From Alkalispirochaeta sp. (GTDB lineage Bacteria > Spirochaetota > Spirochaetia > DSM-27196 > Alkalispirochaetaceae): a stretch of 64,000 nt of DNA. The position numbers were made by a program, and so were the translations under genes. The stretch covers positions 3,200,001 through 3,264,000 of the forward strand of contig OZ271854.1 of assembly GCA_965601925.1 (NCBI GenBank), given 5' to 3'. Under the pieces are notes generated by a model. The model saw only the letters and a program-made list of their open reading frames with translations, was not told the origin of the DNA and did no database searches. Below are positions 50,639 through 59,827 of this stretch, in pieces (the stretch's first letter is position 1; every line of letters begins with the position of its first letter).

Positions 50639-52447
50639 TCAAAAGGTAAGCGTGACGCGCGTTCCGTTGTCGTTTTCGATTTCCAAGGTACCGGCGAGTT
50701 GCTCCGTCTCCGCCCGGACGAGGCGTAATCCGAATCCGGCCGTGTCGTCGCGTATCGCGCGTGCGGGAATCCCGATACCGTCGTCCTCGACTCGTACGCG
50801 TACGCGACCGTCGTCGGTCTCCGCGACCGATACGCGTATCTTGCCGCGCTCGTCGTCGGGAAAGGCGTACTTCAACGCGTTGGTCACCAGCTCGTTTACG
50901 ATAATACCGACGACCGTGGCGCGCTCGGGAGTGAGGATGATTGCGCTCGACGCGGTATCTACGACGAGATCGACCGGATCGCTCTCGTACGTATCTGCGA
51001 GGGCGTCGACCAACTCCGGAAGAAGCGCGTTCAGATTCACCGAGCCGTAGTCGCCGGATTGAAACAGTTGGCGATACATATGCTCGATTCCCGCGATACG
51101 GTTGCGCGCATCCAGCAGCGCTGCGGCGACCTCCTCCTGGTGAGTGGAGCCCGCTTGCAACATCAAAAGGCCGGTAATCATCGCGAGGTTGTTCTTTATG
51201 CGGTGGTGAACCTCCTTGAGTAGTCGATTCTTCTGTTCCACCAACGCCTCTATTTCCCGTTTGGCGCGACGATGTTCCGAGATATCCTGCGTAATACCCA
51301 CCAGACGTTTGACGCCCGAGCCCGGTGTCTCGTACACCACCGCGCCCACGTCGCGAAACCAACGATACATTCCGTGCGCGTTACGCATGCGAAACTCAAT
51401 CTCATACCGCTCCGATCGGTGTTCGATGTAGTCGGCGAGCGCCTGCCTTACGGAGTCTCGATCGTCGGGATGAACCAGTTCCGCAAAATCCTCATAGCGC
51501 GGAAACCGATCGGGGTCGAAGCCGAGCATCGTCGCCTTTGCGGGGCTGAACGACACGGTACCGTCCGGGAGCGTCATCTCCCACCACGCCAGCTCGCCGC
51601 CTTCAAGGGCGATGTTGAGGCGGCGGGTCTGTGCCTCCAGCATCTCATTCGCCACCCGGCACGGCGTAACGTCGAGAAAAACCGTCGCAAAGAGCTTCGG
51701 CCCCGGCGAGAAGACCGAGATATGGAAGTGCTTATTTAGTCGTCCGTAGTACGTTTCGAACGTATGCGGCTCCCCGGTCTCCGCCACCCGCGCGTACACC
51801 GAGAGGTAGGGCGGCTCGTCGTCGCGGTATACATCGGTTGCCAGCTTACCGACGACTTCGTCCCGGGAAAGACCGATAATCGCTTCAAACTGCGGATTCA
51901 CGTCGAGGAGGCGATAGTTGATCGCCGTACCCTCCGCGTCATAGACCACCTCGTGGAGCGCCCCTCCCTCGTTCATCATGCGAAAGAGGTCTTGAAAGCG
52001 CTCGTCGGCCACGTGGACCTCCTTGCGCGCCGCCTCCCGTTCGTCCGACACGCGCCGTTGGTGGGCGTCAAAGAGGTGGAAGGCCATCTCGATGGAGGAG
52101 AACAACACGAAGTCGTCGGCGCTTTTAAGTACGTATCCGTATCCGGTCAGATCCTGCACTTCATCGAGCTTATCCCCCTCTTCGTAGGAGGCGACGAATA
52201 TGATCGGTAGATCGCGTATGGCAAGAATGCGTTGCGCCGCCTCTCCACCGTCGATCCCGGGGCCAAGGTCGATATCCATCAACACGAGATCGATGTCGGC
52301 GTCGTTCCCGACGGCGACTATCGCGTCCTCTCCTGTGTCGACGACCGTCACCCGATAGCCGTGACGGACGAGGCGCATCGTCTGCTCCGCGGCGATACCC
52401 GGCTGGTCCTCGACATAGAGAAGCTTTTTTCGTATCACCTGCGACAT
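50639..52447 (-). CDS. REC-PAS-PAS-HisKA_2 hybrid histidine kinase
   Basis: VED/LMDIDL receiver, two PAS domains, EVHHRIKNNL, NELVTNALKYA, DDGIG. Confidence 0.92.
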   Translation of the reverse strand: MSQVIRKKLLYVEDQPGIAAEQTMRLVRHGYRVTVVDTGEDAIVAVGNDADIDLVLMDIDLGPGIDGGEAAQRILAIRDLPIIFVASYEEGDKLDEVQDLTGYGYVLKSADDFVLFSSIEMAFHLFDAHQRRVSDEREAARKEVHVADERFQDLFRMMNEGGALHEVVYDAEGTAINYRLLDVNPQFEAIIGLSRDEVVGKLATDVYRDDEPPYLSVYARVAETGEPHTFETYYGRLNKHFHISVFSPGPKLFATVFLDVTPCRVANEMLEAQTRRLNIALEGGELAWWEMTLPDGTVSFSPAKATMLGFDPDRFPRYEDFAELVHPDDRDSVRQALADYIEHRSERYEIEFRMRNAHGMYRWFRDVGAVVYETPGSGVKRLVGITQDISEHRRAKREIEALVEQKNRLLKEVHHRIKNNLAMITGLLMLQAGSTHQEEVAAALLDARNRIAGIEHMYRQLFQSGDYGSVNLNALLPELVDALADTYESDPVDLVVDTASSAIILTPERATVVGIIVNELVTNALKYAFPDDERGKIRVSVAETDDGRVRVRVEDDGIGIPARAIRDDTAGFGLRLVRAETEQLAGTLEIENDNGTRVTLTF

Positions 52448-52547
52448 GCGCAGTCCCCCAATATCGATGCTCAAGCGATCGTTGCACGCTACATATAGCG
52501 TAGCATATACGGCGGAACCACGCTACCAATGTGGGGTGCGGAGCCGC

Positions 52548-53639
52548 TCAGTTCGACGTCTTCCGCTCGTCCGGGTACGGAAATGTAATGCGGGCGATAG
52601 TACCCCCATCCTCCGATATTTCGATAGTTCCGCCGATGTGGGCCGTTAATCTCCTGAGCAGACGCATGCCGAATCCGCCGCGCCGGCCTTCGTCGACGAT
52701 GTCCCGCGTGCCGACGCCGTCGTCTCGTACGATCAGTTCGCAGCACCGACGCGGCGAGTTCACCGAGAGCGTGACGAACAACGCCCCTCCTGTACGCCCT
52801 ACGAAGGCGTGTTTCATCGCATTGGTCACGAGCTCGTTGATGATCATCCCCAATGACGATAGGAGTTCGGCCGGCAGTACGCTGTCGTCGACCTCGGTCA
52901 CGACCGTTACCGGGGGCTGATGCGGGAAGACTTTGACCAGCTCGGCGACCAACGGCACTAAATACGTGGCGGCGGAGGCGGAGTGCGTCTCACGCGAAGT
53001 GTACAGCGTGTTGTAGAGCACTTGCATGCTCTTGAGGCGCGTGTGGGCGTCGCGGAGCGCGGTCGCCGCGTCGGCGTTCGGGGCGTTCGAGGCCTGCACC
53101 GAGAGGAGACTTGCCACGGTATTCATATTGTTTTTGATCCGGTGGTGCGCCTCCTCAAGGAGAAGCTGCGTCTCCTCCAGACGGAGCCGGTCGTGTGCCC
53201 TTTCACGCTCGCGTCGGGTGATGTCGGTGCACAGGAGCGCTATGTGGCTGCGATCGGTCGGAAACGCCCACCCGAAGAAGTGGCGGTCGTCTTCCTCATC
53301 GAGGTGTTCGACGGAGGCCGCGCGCCCGGATTCGATGACTTGTCGGTACAACGCCAGCCACGGGGTGCAAAACGTCGGTAGTGCTTCGCGGAACGTGCGC
53401 CCTACGAGCGCACGAGACGGTGCATCGACCAGACGCTCAAAGGCGCGATTGACCGACACGAAGCGATAGGCGATAGGCCGCTTTGCGGCGTCATAGACGA
53501 TTCGGTGCACGGCAAACGGTGCCGCCATATCGTCAAAGAGGCGTCGGTAGTACCGTTCGCCGTTGCAAGGCGCGCTCCCGTCGTCCATCGACGGCCCCTC
53601 GGCGATCCGCTTTCTCCATCGCTCGGCTAAAGGCGTCAT
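52548..53639 (-). CDS. PAS-HisKA_2 histidine kinase
   Basis: PAS (VNRAFE), EAHHRIKNNM, NELVTNAMKHA, DDGVG. Confidence 0.9.
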   Translation of the reverse strand: MTPLAERWRKRIAEGPSMDDGSAPCNGERYYRRLFDDMAAPFAVHRIVYDAAKRPIAYRFVSVNRAFERLVDAPSRALVGRTFREALPTFCTPWLALYRQVIESGRAASVEHLDEEDDRHFFGWAFPTDRSHIALLCTDITRRERERAHDRLRLEETQLLLEEAHHRIKNNMNTVASLLSVQASNAPNADAATALRDAHTRLKSMQVLYNTLYTSRETHSASAATYLVPLVAELVKVFPHQPPVTVVTEVDDSVLPAELLSSLGMIINELVTNAMKHAFVGRTGGALFVTLSVNSPRRCCELIVRDDGVGTRDIVDEGRRGGFGMRLLRRLTAHIGGTIEISEDGGTIARITFPYPDERKTSN

Positions 53640-53882
53640 CTACACTCCTCACACACCGTTCATGACGCGCACTCGTTCGCGCCGTTCCGCGTTTCGAGAT
53701 GACATTCTCTTATAGTTTCTAATCTTGGTTTCCAATAATTCAAATTGAAACGGAGTATGCCGAAACATACCTCACTACGCGCGCCGATTCGGGTCATTTT
53801 ACCACGCATATTCGCCTTGGGCAACGGCGGATATTCCTTGTGGGCATGTTGTCAATCCTTTCCCCAGAGCGAAGGATTACTT

Positions 53883-54233
53883 GTGCCAACGGAGAAGCGC
53901 AGACCAGAGATTCAGTACACCCTCTCGCGCAACATCAAGGCTGCCCGTGAAAAACTCGGCTATAGTCAACAAGCGTTGGCCGAGCGCGCCGATCTCTCCG
54001 CCGGACACATGAACGACCTCGAACAGGGCCGAAAATGGGTCTCGGCGGACACGCTCGAGCGACTCGCCGGCGCGCTCCTGATGGAGCCGTGGATGCTGCT
54101 TATCCCCGAGAATACGCCGGGTCGACCGGCGGATTACGATTTGCTCACGCACTTCGCCTCCCGGATGAGAGATCAGCTGAACACCGCCGTTGCAGAGACG
54201 CTGCAGGAACTACTCAAGAGTTCCGACCGGTAG
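53883..54233 (+). CDS. XRE family HTH regulator
   Basis: NIKAAREKLGYSQQALAERA...LEQG; GTG 53883 after AAGGA. Confidence 0.88.
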   Translation: MPTEKRRPEIQYTLSRNIKAAREKLGYSQQALAERADLSAGHMNDLEQGRKWVSADTLERLAGALLMEPWMLLIPENTPGRPADYDLLTHFASRMRDQLNTAVAETLQELLKSSDR

Positions 54234-55283
54234 AGAGGGTTTTTTTGAGCGCCCGAGCGCGCTGTGAGACGCCTTGTATATCCCAAAATCGAATTTTTCG
54301 ATATTTGTGACAATCGGAATCATAAGATGCATCTCTTGGCGCGTCATGACCGGAAGGTTCAGGAGGTCATTGCGATACTCGAGCGCTCGGCCGTTGTGGG
54401 CGGCTGCGAAGGTTTCATGGTCGTTGATCCGCTGAATTTGGCGCCGGTTGAGATCCCCAATCGGAGACGCGATCGTCCCTTCGATAACCGGAAGGAGCTT
54501 CCGTTCGATCTCCACGCCGTGCGAGTTACGCCCCGCGGCGAGTGCCGCCGCACTTGTCGTGCCCGTTCCGAGAAAGGGGTCCAGGACGAAATCCTCCTGC
54601 ATGCTGTACATGTTGATAAGGCGAAAAACGACCTCGAACGGAAACGCCGCGCTTCTGTGTCGGGAGCCGTTCCGCCGCAGAGCTTGGCGCGTTCCTTTGA
54701 GATCCCACACATCGGAGAACCACGCGTTGCGCTCTTCCCAGAAAAAGGCGCTGCGTTGCCTGCGCTCTTTCTCGTGGTCGGAGAAGACGCGCCTGCCGCC
54801 TTTGCGAAATATCAAGATGTGCTCGTGCTCCAACGTGACGTACGCTCCCGACGGGAGCATCCCCGATCCCATGAACTTGTTCGGTGCGTTGGTCTGCTTG
54901 CGCCACAGCACCGTGGGAAGCGACTCGAATCCCAAGGATTCGAAGGCCACCGTGATGCGGGCGTGGTTGGTGTAGAGGCGAAAGCCGTCGCCGACGGTGC
55001 GCGTCGCGTCGCCGATGTTGATGCAGGCAAATCCCCCGGGACGAAGCACGCGATAGCACTCCCGCCATACCGCGTCGAGAAGACGGTGCATCAGCTCGTG
55101 GGCCTCGACGCCGTTTCCCGCCTCCAGAGCCTTGGTGACAGCAGGATTTTGCGCCCCAAATGCGGAGTCCCAGATACCGATCATAGGATAAGGTGGAGAG
55201 GTCACCACGAGGTCGATCGAATCGGATGCAAGATATGAGATGTCGGCGGCGGACTGAAACCTGACGGTATGATGCGTTTCCAT
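54210..55283 (-). CDS. Site-specific DNA methyltransferase, beta class (probably N4-cytosine)
   Basis: VTSPPY (motif IV) precedes LDPFLGTGTT (motif I); start near ATG 55283. Confidence 0.92.
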   Translation of the reverse strand: METHHTVRFQSAADISYLASDSIDLVVTSPPYPMIGIWDSAFGAQNPAVTKALEAGNGVEAHELMHRLLDAVWRECYRVLRPGGFACINIGDATRTVGDGFRLYTNHARITVAFESLGFESLPTVLWRKQTNAPNKFMGSGMLPSGAYVTLEHEHILIFRKGGRRVFSDHEKERRQRSAFFWEERNAWFSDVWDLKGTRQALRRNGSRHRSAAFPFEVVFRLINMYSMQEDFVLDPFLGTGTTSAAALAAGRNSHGVEIERKLLPVIEGTIASPIGDLNRRQIQRINDHETFAAAHNGRALEYRNDLLNLPVMTRQEMHLMIPIVTNIEKFDFGIYKASHSALGRSKKPSLPVGTLE

Positions 55284-55430
55284 CGCCTGTACCATATCAG
55301 TGAATCGATAGAGGGTGTACAAGTCGTGTTGCTTGCGTCGACCGACGCCGTTGAGTATCTTGGGCACCGGTACTACGTTGGAGAGATACAACGCACCGCT
55401 TTCGTTCAATCGATACATCCGGAGTAGCGT

Positions 55431-56429
55431 ATGAGCGCCATCGAAGTGCACAACCTGAGTCGAACCTATTTCTCAACCGTCGGCATCGTTCGTCGGCGTC
55501 GAAAAGAGATCGAAGCGGTGAAGCCGCTCTCATTTTCGGTGGAGGAGGGAGAACTCTTCGGGCTTCTCGGTCCCAACGGCGCCGGTAAAACTACCACCGT
55601 GAAAATGCTCACGACGCTGCTCATCCCCACCGGCGGAAGTGCTCGGGTGGCGGGATTCGATGTAGAGGGCGAGGCGCGGGAGGTCCAGCGGCGTATCGGC
55701 TTCATATTCGGCGGCGAGCGGGGGCTGTACTGGCGACTCTCGGGCGAAGACAACCTGAAGTATTTTGCGACGCTTTACCACGTCGATCCCGAGGTGACCT
55801 CGCGACGCATTCCCTATCTGTTGGAACTGGTCGGATTGAAGGGGCGGGGAAATGAGAAGGTAGAAGGGTACTCTCGTGGGATGAAGCAACGCCTCCACGT
55901 CGCGCGTACGCTTCTCCACGATCCACCCATTCTCTTTTTGGACGAGCCCACCATCGGTCTCGATCCGGTGGGGGCGCGTGATTTTCGCCGGGTAATCGGC
56001 GATTTACGCGACGAGGGAAAGACGATACTCCTCACGACTCACTACATGTACGAGGCGGATTTGTTGTGCAAACGAATCGCGGTAATCGATCGCGGAACGA
56101 TCGTGGCCCTCGATTCCCCGGGTAACCTCAAGCGGGTCGTGGACGATCTGTCGGTGATCGAGGTGGAGCTCTTCGGTGCGCCGGATGCGGTAACCGACTC
56201 CGTCGCGTCCATCCCCGGCGTGGAGGCGGTCTCGCTCGAGGAGCGCGAACAGCGTCAGGCACTTATGATTCAAACCCCACGCGGCGCGGAAATCGTCTCG
56301 ACGGTCATGGAGCGGCTTCAGGCCCATCGCGTGGGGCGAGTGACGGTACGGGAGCCGACGTTGGAGGACGCCTATGTTCGCCTGGTCGACGGAACGACGG
56401 GACGGGACACGGGGAACGATCGCGCATGA
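55431..56429 (+). CDS. ABC exporter ATP-binding protein (DrrA-like)
   Basis: GPNGAGKTT, YSRGM, LDEP, TTH, EPTLEDAY. Confidence 0.93.
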   Translation: MSAIEVHNLSRTYFSTVGIVRRRRKEIEAVKPLSFSVEEGELFGLLGPNGAGKTTTVKMLTTLLIPTGGSARVAGFDVEGEAREVQRRIGFIFGGERGLYWRLSGEDNLKYFATLYHVDPEVTSRRIPYLLELVGLKGRGNEKVEGYSRGMKQRLHVARTLLHDPPILFLDEPTIGLDPVGARDFRRVIGDLRDEGKTILLTTHYMYEADLLCKRIAVIDRGTIVALDSPGNLKRVVDDLSVIEVELFGAPDAVTDSVASIPGVEAVSLEEREQRQALMIQTPRGAEIVSTVMERLQAHRVGRVTVREPTLEDAYVRLVDGTTGRDTGNDRA

Positions 56430-57217
56430 GGAGGCTTCGATCGAATCTCCGTGTCGTCGGTACGACGATGCTCATGACCTACAAACACACTATGGTCGAC
56501 GGGTTCGTCATTTTCACGGTTTTGATTCAGCCGCTTTTGGTGGCGCTCCTGAGCCTATGGATGCTCCGGGGGCGCGGTGAGGAGTACGCGATCTACGTTG
56601 TGGTGGGCAGCGGCATGACCGGACTGTGGTCGAGTCTGCTTTTTGTCAGCGGCAACGCGGTCAATGTAGAGCGCTGGTTCGGAACACTGGAGACTCTGAC
56701 CGGCGTCCCGTCGCGTCTGGAGGTGATTATCCTCGGCAAGACGTTGGCAAACGTGATCCAATCGGTACTCTCCATGGTCGGCACCTATCTTGTGGTCTCC
56801 TCAGTCCTTGGATACCCTCTGACCGTCGCCATGCCGGGTGCGTTTTCACTCTCGGTGGCGTTCGTGCTCGTAGCGTTCATCTCCTTCGGATTGATCATTT
56901 CGCCCCTGTTCATCCTCAATCCGCAGATCCAGCAGTTTCAAAACGGAATCGAGTTTCCCGTGTACGTTCTGAGCGGCTTCCTCTTTCCCATTCTCATGCT
57001 TCCGCAGTGGACCCGACCCATAAGCTACGCCCTTCCGACCTACTGGGCGGCGAAGGCGCTTCACGCCACTTCTCGCGCAACCGAAAGCGCGGCGGAGATT
57101 CGCTTTTCGTGGTTCATGCTGATCGCGCTCTCGGGCGGCTTTTTTCTCGTAGCATCGTTTCTGTTTCGCGCGACCGTGAGACGGGCAAAGACCAACGGCA
57201 CCTTGGATGCACGGTAG
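56426..57217 (+). CDS. ABC-2 type permease
   Basis: ER..GTLE, LSGFLFP...LP.W, LPTYW. Confidence 0.9.
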   Translation: MRRLRSNLRVVGTTMLMTYKHTMVDGFVIFTVLIQPLLVALLSLWMLRGRGEEYAIYVVVGSGMTGLWSSLLFVSGNAVNVERWFGTLETLTGVPSRLEVIILGKTLANVIQSVLSMVGTYLVVSSVLGYPLTVAMPGAFSLSVAFVLVAFISFGLIISPLFILNPQIQQFQNGIEFPVYVLSGFLFPILMLPQWTRPISYALPTYWAAKALHATSRATESAAEIRFSWFMLIALSGGFFLVASFLFRATVRRAKTNGTLDAR

Positions 57218-57225
57218 GAGGACGC

Positions 57226-58020
57226 ATGATACGCCGGCGTGATCTGCAAGTGTTCTGGGAGGGGGCGGTACTCTCCTACAAGGCACTCTTTCGGTGGTTT
57301 CGCCCTGCGACCTATCTCGCCTCAAAGATCGTCATGCCCGTGGCGCAGATGGTCTTCTTTACGCTGATCGGAACGTTCGGAGGCGGCGACCCGCTCTTTT
57401 TCGTCGTCGGGAACGCCATGCAGATTGCCGCGGTAAGCGGTATTTACGGTATCACGATGAGTATCGGCGGCGACCGCTGGGACGGTACGCTCGCGTACCT
57501 CTTCGGCAGTCCGGCCGACCGGCTCATGCTCTTTTTCGGACGGTCGGCGATTCACATCGTGGATGGAGTCATAGGGGTCGCCGTCGCCTTTCTGTGGGGT
57601 GGTCTGTTGTTCGGCTTACGCCCATCGGCGGCCGAGGTCCTACCGCTTGCAGCGGCCGTTTCGGCGGCCGTTATCGGCACGTCGGGAATGGGACTGCTTA
57701 TGGGATGCATCGGGCTCATATCTCGGAACGTCATGTTCGTGAACAATACGGTATACTTTTTGCTGTTATTCCTCTCCGGCGCCAACATTCCCGTCGCGTC
57801 GTTGCCGTCGTGGCTTCGGGCGATATCCTCCTGGGTGCCCCTCACACACGCCATTGCAGCGGCGCGCGAAATCATAGCCGGCGCCGGCATCACACGACCG
57901 GTCGCCGTGCTTTTGGTCCGCGAGGTAGGAATCGGTTGCTTGTATCTCGGGGTGGGATATGCACTCTTTCGCATCTTCGAACGGCGGGCCAAGACCACCG
58001 GTTCGCTCGAGACGATGTGA
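57226..58020 (+). CDS. ABC-2 type permease
   Basis: DRWDGTL, LSGANIP..LP.W, PLTH; ATG 57226 after AGGAGG. Confidence 0.9.
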   Translation: MIRRRDLQVFWEGAVLSYKALFRWFRPATYLASKIVMPVAQMVFFTLIGTFGGGDPLFFVVGNAMQIAAVSGIYGITMSIGGDRWDGTLAYLFGSPADRLMLFFGRSAIHIVDGVIGVAVAFLWGGLLFGLRPSAAEVLPLAAAVSAAVIGTSGMGLLMGCIGLISRNVMFVNNTVYFLLLFLSGANIPVASLPSWLRAISSWVPLTHAIAAAREIIAGAGITRPVAVLLVREVGIGCLYLGVGYALFRIFERRAKTTGSLETM

Positions 58021-58113
58021 ACGGTTTCTCGAGGCCGGTGAGCCCCGGAACCGCCCCTTTTGTGCAACGGCCGTCGGTTGACCGATGTGGTCGTAGTACC
58101 ACATCATTATCGC

Positions 58114-59229
58114 GTGCACAGTTCCCGTGACGCCGCCGGAGCGTACAAAAAAGTGCAAGGGCTCCTCAAAAGCGTCGATCTCGGCGAGAAGGCCGATGCC
58201 GCCTCTCCCGGTGTAGCGAACGCCGAGACTCGGTCGTCCCCAAGTTCGGTGGTGGTACGGGTCGCCCAACTCCTCGCACTGATCGGCCGTCGTGAAGCGG
58301 CCTCGATTCTCAAGCGTATGCCCAAAGAGCAGGCGGACCGCGTTCTCGATGCGATGGCGCACCTCGGACCCATTCCCGTCGAGGAGGCGCGGCGCGTACT
58401 CGGCGAGTTCGGCGCCGCGGGTAGAGAGGCCGTTCGTGCGTCGGTCGCGGGACCTGAGACGGCGCGGGAGATTTTGGTACGCGCCTTTGGGCAGGAGGAC
58501 GGAGACCGTCGCTTTTATCAGATACTGCCCGAGGAACGACCCCGACGATTTGCCTTTCTGGAGGACGCCGACGGACGTCAGTTGGCGGTGCTTCTCCGCG
58601 ACGAGTCGGCGGCGACCCTTACGATCGTCTGCGCGCATATGCCCGAGGCGGCGGCGGCGCGCCTGTTGGACGCCCTTCCGCGAGAGCTCAAATCCGATAT
58701 CGTGCGACGCATGGCGCGCTTGGATGAGGTGGACGGCGCCGTGCTCGATGCGGTGGCGCAGACGCTACGGCGTCGTATGGAGGATATCGAGCGCCCGGAC
58801 GGCGAAGAGATTGACGGGCGGGGGCGCCTTGCCGAGATTCTACGTCATATGGATCTCACCAGTAGCGAACACATCATCGGCGGGTTGGAGCGGGACGATC
58901 ACGACTTGGCGGAGCATATTCGGCGTCAGTTGACCGGTCCCGACGACATATGTTACATCGACGATCGCGATCTGCAGCGTGTTCTCCAAAAAGTTGACGA
59001 TGTGGATATCGCCGTATTTCTCAAGGGAAAATCGGACGATGTGACCCGAAAAATCGGCCGAAATTTGAGCGATCGGAGGCGCCAGCTCATCGACATGCAC
59101 CGCGAATCACTGGGACCCATGCATCGACGCGACGTCGACCGCGTGACGGGAGATTTCATGGAGTTGCTGCGGACGATGGCGCGCGACGGCGAGATCGTGC
59201 TTCGTCTCCCCGGCGAGGAGTATATATAA
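58114..59229 (+). CDS. fliG: Flagellar motor switch FliG paralogue
   Basis: RVAQLL..IG, F.FL, E....T....H, GRGRLAEIL, IDDRDLQRVL, NLSDRR; start uncertain (58060-58114). Confidence 0.8.
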   Translation: MHSSRDAAGAYKKVQGLLKSVDLGEKADAASPGVANAETRSSPSSVVVRVAQLLALIGRREAASILKRMPKEQADRVLDAMAHLGPIPVEEARRVLGEFGAAGREAVRASVAGPETAREILVRAFGQEDGDRRFYQILPEERPRRFAFLEDADGRQLAVLLRDESAATLTIVCAHMPEAAAARLLDALPRELKSDIVRRMARLDEVDGAVLDAVAQTLRRRMEDIERPDGEEIDGRGRLAEILRHMDLTSSEHIIGGLERDDHDLAEHIRRQLTGPDDICYIDDRDLQRVLQKVDDVDIAVFLKGKSDDVTRKIGRNLSDRRRQLIDMHRESLGPMHRRDVDRVTGDFMELLRTMARDGEIVLRLPGEEYI

Positions 59230-59753
59230 TGGCCGAGCCGAATCTACGCCTTGCCTATCTCTTTTGGATCCCATCGTTCTTCGGATGCGCGGGACTCCAC
59301 CGATTTTACCTCGGTAAGCCCGTTTCGGGACTCTTCTTTTTTTTCACGTTCGGCTTCTTCGGGCTGGGTACGTTGTACGACGGCCTCACCATGCCCCACC
59401 ACGTTCGTCAGGCGCGACTCTCGCGGCGCCTCGATCGCATCCTGGAAAATCAGACCGCCGGCGGAGCCGAACGCGTCGTCTCGCCGGATCCGGCGGCGCG
59501 GCCCAAACGCCGGCGACCCGAGTCGGTCGATCACGTCATTTTGAAGCTGGCCAACGAGCGCCACGGCGTCGTTACCCCCTCGCGCGTCGCCCTTGCGGCC
59601 CGGATCTCGCCCGAAAAGGCGCGCGATCAACTCGATACGCTGGTCGGGCGCGGGTTCGCCGATCTCCAGGTCACCCGCGACGGGCTGATCGTGTACGTGT
59701 TCCCCGAGTTTCTCGACGATGAGGGTAGAGGCGAACTGGAACGCTTGAGTTGA
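59229..59753 (+). CDS. TM2-domain membrane protein with a C-terminal winged-helix-like domain
   Basis: AYLFW...GLHRFYLGK...T.GFFG.G.LYD. Confidence 0.83.
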   Translation: MAEPNLRLAYLFWIPSFFGCAGLHRFYLGKPVSGLFFFFTFGFFGLGTLYDGLTMPHHVRQARLSRRLDRILENQTAGGAERVVSPDPAARPKRRRPESVDHVILKLANERHGVVTPSRVALAARISPEKARDQLDTLVGRGFADLQVTRDGLIVYVFPEFLDDEGRGELERLS

Positions 59754-59827
59754 CCGTATAGTGCTCGGACCGGAGCGCGTCCTCCTTCGTTGACCCGTAA
59801 GGCCCGTTTTTCTATCATAGACGGTCT

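Noticed and set aside
53883..55283. Type II restriction-modification system with a C protein
   Set aside because: No endonuclease ORF; the XRE gene is convergent, not upstream of a nuclease
59754..59827. T-box riboswitch before alaS
   Set aside because: Only 74 nt, with the promoter directly before the ATG
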